A stretch of 64,000 nucleotides of DNA from Clostridia bacterium (GTDB taxonomy: Bacteria; Bacillota; Clostridia; Oscillospirales; Acutalibacteraceae): assembly GCA_017390725.1 (NCBI GenBank), contig JAFPAV010000020.1, positions 3,898 to 67,897 on the forward strand, written 5' to 3'. Of this stretch, positions 56,238 through 64,000 are shown one piece after another (position 1 is the first letter of the stretch; the number at the start of each line of letters is the position of its first letter). The notes beneath the pieces were generated by a model. That model was not told the origin of the DNA, did no database searches, and saw only the letters and a list, made by a program, of their open reading frames with translations. The position numbers were made by a program, and so were the translations under genes.

Positions 56238-57269
56238 TTATTTCAAAGTATCGGCTATTTTTAAAATCAAATTTTCGGTCTTTTCCCAACCAAGGCAAGG
56301 GTCCGTTATGGATTTTCCGTAAACGTGCTCGCCTATTTTTTGTGCACCATCTTCAAGATAGCTTTCAATCATAAGACCTTTTACCATAGAACGTATTTGG
56401 GAATTATGGTTGCAGCTGTAAATAACGTCTTTAGCAATACGAGGCTGTTCAAGATATTTCTTACCTGAGTTTGCATGATTAGTATCAATAATTACTGCAG
56501 GATTAACAAGATTGCTGTTAGTATATAGCTCATAAAGCTTTTGAAGGTCTTCGTAATGATAATTCGATACGTTTTTACCTGCAAAATCAACATATCCTCG
56601 AAGAATAGCGTGGGCATAAGGATTTCCCTTGCTGAAAACCTCCCAACCACGGTAGATAAAGGTATGGGAACTCTGTGCTGCGGTTATGGAATTCATCATA
56701 ATTCCAAGGTCTCCGCTCGTTGGGTTTTTCATACCGACGGGAATGTCAAGTCCGCTTGCTGTGAGTCTGTGCTGTTGATTTTCAACCGAACGTGCACCAA
56801 CTGCCACATAGGCCAATAAATCCGATAAATAACGATGATTTTCAGGGTAAAGCATTTCATCGGCACAAGTAAATCCGTAATCCCTTAGAGCGCTCATATG
56901 CAAATCACGAATAGCAACAATACCACTTAACATATCGGGGCTATTATCCGGATCGGGTTGATGGAGCATGCCTTTGTAGCCTTCACCCGTAGTCCTCGGC
57001 TTATTTGTATAAATACGAGGAACGATAATGATTTTATCCTTAACCTGCTCTTCAACTCTTTTTAATCTTGAAATATACTCAAGAACAGGTTCACGGGAAT
57101 CTGCCGAGCAAGGACCAATTATAAGTAAAAACTTATCCGACTCACCTGCAAAAACCTTCTGTATTTCAATATCTCTTTCCTCCTTGATTTTCTGCAACTC
57201 AGCCGTCAAAGGATAACGAGCCTTTATCTGTTGTGGTATTGGTAGCTTTCGCATAAAATTCATGTTCAT
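56238..57269 (-). CDS. 3-deoxy-7-phosphoheptulonate (DAHP) synthase, class I alpha-like
   Basis: 343 aa. LLIIGPCSADS and RIYTNKPRTTGEGYKGM parallel E. coli AroG IGPCS and KPRTT motifs. Confidence 0.85.
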   Translation of the reverse strand: MNMNFMRKLPIPQQIKARYPLTAELQKIKEERDIEIQKVFAGESDKFLLIIGPCSADSREPVLEYISRLKRVEEQVKDKIIIVPRIYTNKPRTTGEGYKGMLHQPDPDNSPDMLSGIVAIRDLHMSALRDYGFTCADEMLYPENHRYLSDLLAYVAVGARSVENQQHRLTASGLDIPVGMKNPTSGDLGIMMNSITAAQSSHTFIYRGWEVFSKGNPYAHAILRGYVDFAGKNVSNYHYEDLQKLYELYTNSNLVNPAVIIDTNHANSGKKYLEQPRIAKDVIYSCNHNSQIRSMVKGLMIESYLEDGAQKIGEHVYGKSITDPCLGWEKTENLILKIADTLK

Positions 57270-57280
57270 AAAAATCGCCT

Positions 57281-58141
57281 CTAATTAGTCTTATCAAAAA
57301 GTTTTCTTCGCTCGGTTGAATAACGCATCATTTTCCGAACACCGTCGATATCGTCGCTTTTGATTTTTTCATAAAGTTCATCAAAAGAGTTTTTAAATTT
57401 ATCCATCTGAGATAATAAAGCTTCCTTATTTAGAGAAAAAAGTTCACTCCACATCAAATCGTTTATGCGGGCAATTCTTGTTAAATCTCTAAAAGAGTCA
57501 CCGGTATATCTTTCCAGGTTTTCGCCATCGCTGCAACACATTAAGGAAACCGCTATACAGTGTGTAAGCTGTGATAGAAAAGCTATCATTTCATCGTGTT
57601 TTTCAGGCGATAAAACTGATATATCCTTAAAGCCTAATATTTTGCCTAAATCGCTGCATAATTCGATAGCTGATTCGCTGTTTTTATCTGTTGGCACAAT
57701 AATATAATTTGCACCCTTAAAAATACTGTCATCGCTATTTTGAACGCCCGATGATTCTTTACCCGCCATTGGGTGTGCCGCAATAAATTCGATATCTTCC
57801 CTTAATAAACTTTGAATTTCGTGGACAATACAGGATTTAACTCCCGTAACATCGGTTAAAATAGCACCGCTTTTAAAGAGATGCTGATGTTCGGTCAACC
57901 ATCCAATAAAGATACCTGGATAAAGGGCAAAAATAACCAAATCCGAGTTGCCTATCAAATCCTCTTCAATTTCTGTTGTACCATAATCGATAATTTTATT
58001 TTTAAGAGCATAATCAATATCTGATTTCTCTTTTGTTATTGCTGATACATAATATCCTTGTTTTTTAAGCGCCATAGCATAACTTCCGCCAATTATACCC
58101 AAGCCAATTATAAGAATATTTATATCTTTTTTGAGTTTCAT
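57281..58141 (-). CDS. tyrA: Prephenate dehydrogenase
   Basis: 286 aa. NAD-binding ILIIGLGIIGGS and AAHPMAG motifs. Confidence 0.85.
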   Translation of the reverse strand: MKLKKDINILIIGLGIIGGSYAMALKKQGYYVSAITKEKSDIDYALKNKIIDYGTTEIEEDLIGNSDLVIFALYPGIFIGWLTEHQHLFKSGAILTDVTGVKSCIVHEIQSLLREDIEFIAAHPMAGKESSGVQNSDDSIFKGANYIIVPTDKNSESAIELCSDLGKILGFKDISVLSPEKHDEMIAFLSQLTHCIAVSLMCCSDGENLERYTGDSFRDLTRIARINDLMWSELFSLNKEALLSQMDKFKNSFDELYEKIKSDDIDGVRKMMRYSTERRKLFDKTN

Positions 58142-58145
58142 AAAA

Positions 58146-59351
58146 TTAATTCACCTTGATTTTAATGCCGAGATTTTGAATTTCATCAAAGAAATTCGGA
58201 AAACTTTTATTAATTGCCTGTGCATCAGAAATTTCACCGTCAACCATTGAACAAAGAATAGATAATGACATAACAATTCGATGGTCATTGTGACTGTGAA
58301 GCTTCGAATTAGGAGTCTGTAACTCACCTTTTTTTACAATTATTGAGTTTTCGTAATTTATAACCTCAATTCCGAATTTTGATAATTCCAGCGCCATTGC
58401 TGCGCCACGGTCACTCTCCTTAATCTTAAGACGATGAGTACCGGTTAAGGTGATTCCATTTTTGGCGGCTCCTAACGCCATTAGAACGGGACCGAGATCG
58501 GGACAATCGGAAATATCAACCGAAATATTTTCGTTTTCAAGCTCTTTAAAAATTGTTTTATATATTTTGTCGCCTTGAACGCTGTTTTTATCCAGATCAT
58601 TAACTTGTACATTGCCGCCGATTAGATTAAATGCATCAAGGAAAGCGGCATTTGAATAGTCCCCTTCTACCCCGACATTTTGAGAAATAAAATCTTGATT
58701 TCCTTTTATGCGGAGTGTATGTTCGTCAACTCTGTCGATTTTTATACCAAATTGTAAAAGAGCCTTTATAGTTAATGAAATATATGAATTGCTTTCAATA
58801 TTTCCCGTAATTTTAATAACGCTGTCACCCTCAAGTAAGGGCAAAGCAAAGAGTAATCCTGAAATAAACTGACTGGAAACATCTCCTGGGACTGAATAAT
58901 CGCCACTATGTAGTCTTCCTTGCACCGTTATTGAATTTTTTTCTTTTTCGAATAATAACCCTTGGCTTTTAAATAAATCTTCATACACTGAAAATGAGCG
59001 CTGTAGTAGTCTATCAGTACCGCCAAGACAGATTTTTCTATCAAAAAGAGCGCAAATAGGGATTAAAAAACGCAACGTGCTTCCGCTTTCGTTACAAAAC
59101 AAATTATTATCCTTTAAGTTTTTAAAATTAATGCCTTTAACGGTTGCTTTGTCATTTTCGATTTTAATATCGGCTCCCAAAGACTGAAGACAGCTAATGG
59201 TTGCCTTAATATCTTCCGAAAAGGCAAGGTTACTAACTGTACTTATACCCTTCGATAAAGCGGCACATATAAGAAGTCTATGCGCCATACTTTTAGAAGG
59301 CGGAGCACATAATGAGCCTACCGCTTTGCTTTTTTCTATTATTACGTCCAT
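58146..59351 (-). CDS. aroA: 3-phosphoshikimate 1-carboxyvinyltransferase (EPSP synthase)
   Basis: 401 aa. PPSKSMAHR, GSTLRFL, and the C-terminal HNDHRIVMS. Confidence 0.9.
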   Translation of the reverse strand: MDVIIEKSKAVGSLCAPPSKSMAHRLLICAALSKGISTVSNLAFSEDIKATISCLQSLGADIKIENDKATVKGINFKNLKDNNLFCNESGSTLRFLIPICALFDRKICLGGTDRLLQRSFSVYEDLFKSQGLLFEKEKNSITVQGRLHSGDYSVPGDVSSQFISGLLFALPLLEGDSVIKITGNIESNSYISLTIKALLQFGIKIDRVDEHTLRIKGNQDFISQNVGVEGDYSNAAFLDAFNLIGGNVQVNDLDKNSVQGDKIYKTIFKELENENISVDISDCPDLGPVLMALGAAKNGITLTGTHRLKIKESDRGAAMALELSKFGIEVINYENSIIVKKGELQTPNSKLHSHNDHRIVMSLSILCSMVDGEISDAQAINKSFPNFFDEIQNLGIKIKVN

Positions 59352-59788
59352 TATTTTGCCTCTGAGTGTGACATAAGAATTTTTATTGCATCGATATAAC
59401 CGTTTATTCCTTTTCCGGTAATGGTTGAAATACAGGCATTTCTTATATAACTGATTTGCCTGAAATCTTCCCTGTTTTCCACCGCAGAGATATGGACCTC
59501 AACGGTTGGTATCTGAACTGATTTTACTGCATCCAAAAGAGCAATGCTTGTGTGAGTATATGCACCGGGATTAATAACGATACCGTCAAATTTACCGAGT
59601 GCTTTTTGAATAGCGGTTACTAAATCACCCTCATAATTTGACTGAAACAATTTTACAGAAACACCATTTTTCTTGGAAAAATCTTTAATTGTTTTGCAAA
59701 GCGTTTTAAAATTTTCTTTACCGTATATATCCGGTTCCCTAACACCCAACATATTAATATTTGGGCCGTTAATTACTAAAATTTTCAT
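59351..59788 (-). CDS. aroQ: Type II 3-dehydroquinate dehydratase
   Basis: 145 aa. MKILVINGPNINMLGVREPDIYG, INPGAYTHTS, EVHIS. Confidence 0.95.
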   Translation of the reverse strand: MKILVINGPNINMLGVREPDIYGKENFKTLCKTIKDFSKKNGVSVKLFQSNYEGDLVTAIQKALGKFDGIVINPGAYTHTSIALLDAVKSVQIPTVEVHISAVENREDFRQISYIRNACISTITGKGINGYIDAIKILMSHSEAK

Positions 59789-61022
59789 TTAAAAAACCTT
59801 CTTTTAAAGCTAAAGCATTTTTATGGATATCGTTGCCCGCTCTTAATTTAAAATCAGCAGTAGCTTCATAGATATCCTTTCTTTCTTCAAACCTCTTTTT
59901 AAGCATTTCTCGGTTACTGGAAAGGGGTCTGTCATCGGTTGTTACTAAAAATTCAAGAGGTCGGTCAATATAAAATATACGGCCGTTTTCCTTTAGAAAA
60001 TCTATATTGATTTCCTTTAAAATAGCTCCTCCACCGGTTGATATTACACAGTTTTGTAAAGCCGAAAATCTCTTTATAACCTGAGTTTCAATATTTCTAA
60101 AGAGTTCTTCCCCACCCTCGGCAAAAATTTCTGTAATTGGTTTACCTGTTTCTTTTACGATTTCATCGTCTATATCGATAAACTCTTTGTTAAGCTCTTT
60201 TGCCAAAGCTTTACCGATAGTGGTTTTGCCGCAACCGGGCATACCGGTTAATACAATGTTTTCTTTTGATAAAAGAATTTTTTTATAAATTCTATCTATC
60301 TCACCATTATCAATTGCTTTATCGGTAAATAATTCTGCGGCAAAGACAGCTTGAGCAACCAACATATATAATCCGCCTACGGCTTTAATACCTCTTTTTA
60401 ATGCTAATGTGACCAAAGCTGTACGCAATGGATTATAAACTGCATCTACAACACCCTCTAATTTATTAAAATCAGATATATCGATTGCCGATTCTCCAAT
60501 TTTTGGATACATTCCAACGGGAGTTGTATTTATGATTATATGAGCATCATTATGTAGTTTATATGCATCATCATAGCTAATGCTTGATTCTGTCGATTTT
60601 CTTGAAACTTTATAAATCTCCTTAGCGCCGAGATATGAAGCAACTGCAAAGGCAGTCTTAGAAGTGCCACCGCTACCTAAAATCAAAACCTTTTTATTCT
60701 TAAGGTCTATTTTTGAATTTTCAATAAGACAGCACATACCGGAAAAATCAGTATTATAGCCCAAAAGCTTACCGTTTTTATTAACAATAGTATTAACTGC
60801 GCCGATTTTCAAAGCAAATTCATCAATACTATCAAGGTATGGTATAACATCCTGTTTATAGGGTATCGTAACATTAATTGCCTTAAATTTGCGCTCGGTA
60901 AGTAAGGTTTTCAGCTCGTCTTTTTTTATTTCATAAAGCTCATAATCATAATCATAAATTTCGTTATGAATTATTTTTGAAAAGCTATGAGAAAGCTTTT
61001 CTCCAATACAACCGTATTCCAT
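59769..61022 (-). CDS. Bifunctional shikimate dehydrogenase / shikimate kinase (AroE-AroK fusion)
   Basis: 417 aa. The N-terminal ~255 aa is AroE-like (NVTIPYK, GYNTD, GSGGTSK). The C-terminal ~160 aa is shikimate kinase (P-loop GMPGCGKTT, STGGG). Confidence 0.85.
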   Translation of the reverse strand: MEYGCIGEKLSHSFSKIIHNEIYDYDYELYEIKKDELKTLLTERKFKAINVTIPYKQDVIPYLDSIDEFALKIGAVNTIVNKNGKLLGYNTDFSGMCCLIENSKIDLKNKKVLILGSGGTSKTAFAVASYLGAKEIYKVSRKSTESSISYDDAYKLHNDAHIIINTTPVGMYPKIGESAIDISDFNKLEGVVDAVYNPLRTALVTLALKRGIKAVGGLYMLVAQAVFAAELFTDKAIDNGEIDRIYKKILLSKENIVLTGMPGCGKTTIGKALAKELNKEFIDIDDEIVKETGKPITEIFAEGGEELFRNIETQVIKRFSALQNCVISTGGGAILKEINIDFLKENGRIFYIDRPLEFLVTTDDRPLSSNREMLKKRFEERKDIYEATADFKLRAGNDIHKNALALKEGFLNENFSN

Positions 61023-62114
61023 TTAATTTGCCAACCAATCTGTCCCAAAACGGGTTGATAAAATATCACACAAAACAATAGCGGTAATACTGTCAACAAC
61101 CACCCTTGCTCTATGAACAATACAAGGGTCGTGTCGACCTGCGGATAATAACTCACTATTTTCATTTTTTTCAAAATCGATTGTTGATTGTTTAATATGA
61201 ATTGTGGGGGTGGGCTTAACAGCGCTACGGAAAATTATTGGCATTCCATTAGAAATTCCGCCGTTAATACCGCCATTATTATTGGTATTACTCTTAACAA
61301 CACCGTTTTCAACAAAAAACTCGTCGTTTGCGCTGCTTCCTCTTTTATCCACAATAGCAAATCCGTCACCAAACTCAACACCTTTGACTGCAGGTATTGA
61401 AAAAAGTGCATGAGAAAGCATACTTTCAATACTATCGAACCAAGGTTCCCCAACTCCGACAGGCACACCTGTAATTACTGTTTCCAGAATACCGCCTACG
61501 CTGTCACCCTCTTTTTTTGCCGCAAGTATATTTTCAATCATTTTTTCTTTAACTGAATCATCAATAACGGCAAAATCTTTATTGTTAAGCGAATCAATTT
61601 GGGTTTCTAAGTCTGTAAATTCAACATCATTAATACCAGCGCAACGGCTGATGTGTGTACCTATTTTTATTCCTTTTTTCTGTAATGCAGAAATAGCAAT
61701 GGCTCCCGTTGCTACAATTGCGGCGGTTACTCTTCCGCTGAAATGTCCTCCGCCCCGGTAATCCTCAAAGCCGTGATATTTGCTAAAGGCAGTATAATCA
61801 GCATGACCAGGACGGGCTAAAAATCTCGTAGCAGAATAATCCTTGGAAATTGTATTTTCATTAGGAATAATTATACAAATAGGGGTTCCTGTGGTTTTTC
61901 CTTCAAAAACACCGCTTAGAATCCTAAAATTATCTGCCTCTTTACGAGGAGTTGAAATTTCACCTATGGGTTTTCTTAAATTAAGCTGTTTAGCAATAAA
62001 TTCTCTATCTACTGTAATACCTGGAGCAATACCATCAAGCACTGCACCGATAGCATCACCGTGACTCTCGCCAAAAAGGGTTATAGATACATTATTCCCT
62101 ATTGAATTTTTCAT
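61023..62114 (-). CDS. aroC: Chorismate synthase
   Basis: 363 aa. GESHG, RPGHADY and GRHDPC motifs. Confidence 0.95.
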   Translation of the reverse strand: MKNSIGNNVSITLFGESHGDAIGAVLDGIAPGITVDREFIAKQLNLRKPIGEISTPRKEADNFRILSGVFEGKTTGTPICIIIPNENTISKDYSATRFLARPGHADYTAFSKYHGFEDYRGGGHFSGRVTAAIVATGAIAISALQKKGIKIGTHISRCAGINDVEFTDLETQIDSLNNKDFAVIDDSVKEKMIENILAAKKEGDSVGGILETVITGVPVGVGEPWFDSIESMLSHALFSIPAVKGVEFGDGFAIVDKRGSSANDEFFVENGVVKSNTNNNGGINGGISNGMPIIFRSAVKPTPTIHIKQSTIDFEKNENSELLSAGRHDPCIVHRARVVVDSITAIVLCDILSTRFGTDWLAN

Positions 62115-63121
62115 TAGATAACCCCCTTAAGTAAATCTACAAGCTCGTTAAAATTCATCGTTTTCATTTGGAAACTTCCAACTTCGGGTACAAAAATAAC
62201 TGTTATAGCTTCGCCGGACATTTTTTTATCGTGCCTCATGGCTTCGAATATTTTTTCCTTTTCACATTCAACTGCTGTGATTAAATTAAGTTTATTAAGT
62301 ACAGGAATTAATCTCTCTCTGACAGTAGAATCGCACATAGGAATCATACCAATTGCAACACATTCGCCGTGATAGAGGTTTTGCATATCGTTTTCACTTT
62401 CAATAGCGTGAGCTAAAGTATGTCCGAAATTAAGAATTTTCCTAAGTCCTGATTCTTTTTCATCCTGCTCTACTACATATCTTTTTATAAGCAAAGATTT
62501 CTCAATAATCTTATCAATATTAGCTAAAATATCATCGTTTTCAAATATTTCAAAGAGCTCAGCATCGCTTGTTAATGACATTTTAACGGCTTCGGCAAGT
62601 CCGTTTGATATTTGTCTTTCAGGTAAGGTTTTTAAAGTATCTGGGTCAATAATAACGCACTTTGGTGGATAGAAGGCACCTACTATATTTTTATATCCCT
62701 CAAAATCAATAGCTACCTTTCCGCCAATTGATGAATCCACCTGAGAAAGAACGGTTGTTGGAATATTGTAAAAATCAATACCTCTCATAAAACTTGAGGC
62801 AACAAAACCCGATAAATCTCCCACAACACCGCCGCCTACTGCAACAACACAGTCAGTACGGGTAAAGCCGTATTCCACAAGCTTTGATAAAAGCATTTTA
62901 TAATTATCAAAGCACTTAGAAGACTCACCTTCTGGTATTGTTACAACAAAAGGTGATGTGCATTTTTCAGCAACGATTTCTGCATACTGCTTTGGAACGC
63001 CGCTATCGGTTACAATAAGCGCTTTTCTATTTAAATTTAAATGTTGCTCTACCCGTGATAAAGCACCACGCTCTAAAACTATATCATAGCTGCCGGTAGA
63101 GGTTTTTACCGGAATAATCAT
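62114..63121 (-). CDS. aroB: 3-dehydroquinate synthase
   Basis: 335 aa. GGGVVGDLSGF, LNFGHTLAHAIE and HGECVAIG motifs. Confidence 0.9.
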   Translation of the reverse strand: MIIPVKTSTGSYDIVLERGALSRVEQHLNLNRKALIVTDSGVPKQYAEIVAEKCTSPFVVTIPEGESSKCFDNYKMLLSKLVEYGFTRTDCVVAVGGGVVGDLSGFVASSFMRGIDFYNIPTTVLSQVDSSIGGKVAIDFEGYKNIVGAFYPPKCVIIDPDTLKTLPERQISNGLAEAVKMSLTSDAELFEIFENDDILANIDKIIEKSLLIKRYVVEQDEKESGLRKILNFGHTLAHAIESENDMQNLYHGECVAIGMIPMCDSTVRERLIPVLNKLNLITAVECEKEKIFEAMRHDKKMSGEAITVIFVPEVGSFQMKTMNFNELVDLLKGVI

Positions 63122-63132
63122 AAAACATCATC

Positions 63133-63993
63133 CTATAACGAAATTTCTCTTTCAAAGCTTCCAACAATTCTCACATTGTTGCAATATTCTTCTAATTCCT
63201 TTAGCATTTTTTTGCCCATTTCGCTGTTGATATTACCTTCGCCTTCGGCGTAGAAATAATAACTCCAAACTAGCTCTTTTGTTGGACGGCTCTTAAGAGC
63301 ACGAAGGTTAAAACCGTTTTCACCAATAATCGAAATGGCTTTACCGAGGGAGCCGGCTTCATTATTTACGGTGAAAAGCATAATAAACTGTTTATCCACA
63401 TTAGAAGGAGCCTTTGGAGAACGGGACAAAACAGCAAAACGAGTTGTATTGTTGCTTTTTTCATTAATGTGGCTCTCGAGCTTTTTAAGGCCGTATTTTT
63501 GTGCGGCTTCATCGCTTCCGATTGCAGCGATATCGTGTCTTCCGCTTTCTGCTACCATTTTTGCAGCAACAGCTGTATTAACAGCTTCAATCGGCTGAAA
63601 GCCATGTTTTTTAATGTATTGTGCACACTGTCCCAAAGCCTGAGGATGACTGATAACTTCCTTTACCTCATCCATTGTTGTACCTTTGATAGCAAGAAGA
63701 TTTTGAACAATTTCAATATCATAAATACCATTAACATATAGTGAACCAAAGAAAATCAAGTCCATAACCTGACCAACATCACCGTTATAGCTGTTTTCAA
63801 TGGGTAAGATAACACATTCGCACGCTCCGTTAACAACGGAATTATATGCGGCTTTAAAATCCGGATGTGGAACAGCTACTGCATCGGGAAATATTTTGTT
63901 GGCTGCAATATTTGCAAATGCTCCCTCAACCCCACTGAATGCCACATGCATACCTTCAAGCAGTTTGTGTTGATATGCTTTTGAAATATCCAT
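63133..63993 (-). CDS. pheA: Prephenate dehydratase (PDT plus ACT domains); the true start may lie beyond the window
   Basis: Contains TRF (NNTTRFAVLS) and the ACT-domain ESRP-like SRPTK. The reading frame stays open from 63993 to the window edge at 64000, so an N-terminal extension cannot be excluded. Confidence 0.85.
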   Translation of the reverse strand: MDISKAYQHKLLEGMHVAFSGVEGAFANIAANKIFPDAVAVPHPDFKAAYNSVVNGACECVILPIENSYNGDVGQVMDLIFFGSLYVNGIYDIEIVQNLLAIKGTTMDEVKEVISHPQALGQCAQYIKKHGFQPIEAVNTAVAAKMVAESGRHDIAAIGSDEAAQKYGLKKLESHINEKSNNTTRFAVLSRSPKAPSNVDKQFIMLFTVNNEAGSLGKAISIIGENGFNLRALKSRPTKELVWSYYFYAEGEGNINSEMGKKMLKELEEYCNNVRIVGSFEREISL

Positions 63994-64000
63994 ATTACTC

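Noticed and set aside
63133-64000. The apparent absence of chorismate mutase from the aromatic operon
   Set aside because: The pheA frame remains open to the window edge, with no in-frame stop between 63994 and 64000. A CM domain fused N-terminally, or a separate upstream gene, cannot be excluded, so the absence cannot be concluded from this window.

Overview
Low-GC Firmicutes chromosomal core segment. It looks Clostridia-like and spore-forming, since yabP, yabQ and a SipL-like gene are present. Coding is dense: about 70 CDS, 2 tRNAs and 1 decayed gene. In order: potCBA (minus strand); ruvCAB; an rRNA-type methyltransferase; ecfA1-ecfA2-ecfT-truA; a membrane-anchored orphan; cvpA; a ClpE-type AAA+ chaperone; tRNA-Gly; a decayed manA; fumarase beta plus a DivIVA-domain gene; nhaC; a ttcA-like gene; a heterodimeric ABC exporter; a DUF3794/LysM (SipL-like) sporulation gene; a ~0.7 kb ORF-free, very AT-rich spacer; tRNA-Leu; a Cys-rich orphan protein; a phosphohexomutase; a MecA C-domain-only protein; rpe; groESL; a lipid kinase; a THUMP methyltransferase; fumarase alpha; hup-yabO-yabP-yabQ-divIC-yabR; a MOP flippase; mtnN; a hemZ-like gene; an MBL hydrolase; recJ-relA-dtd; a HAD hydrolase; a 10-gene hydC...hydB-hydA [FeFe]-hydrogenase operon with six embedded sensor or regulator-like genes; an orphan peptide-binding lipoprotein; and an 8-gene aromatic amino acid operon. 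I see no CRISPR array, transposase, integrase, prophage or recognisable defence genes, so most of the window is ordinary housekeeping sequence. The best candidates for something undescribed are: (1) the DRTGG / GHKL-ATPase / PHP / HydS-like module inside the hydrogenase operon; (2) the 276-aa protein with 20 cysteines behind a mother-cell-type promoter; (3) the AT-rich gene desert with a promoter-fronted, C-rich, hairpin-containing element upstream of tRNA-Leu. All functional calls come from motif recognition by eye. No database search was possible.
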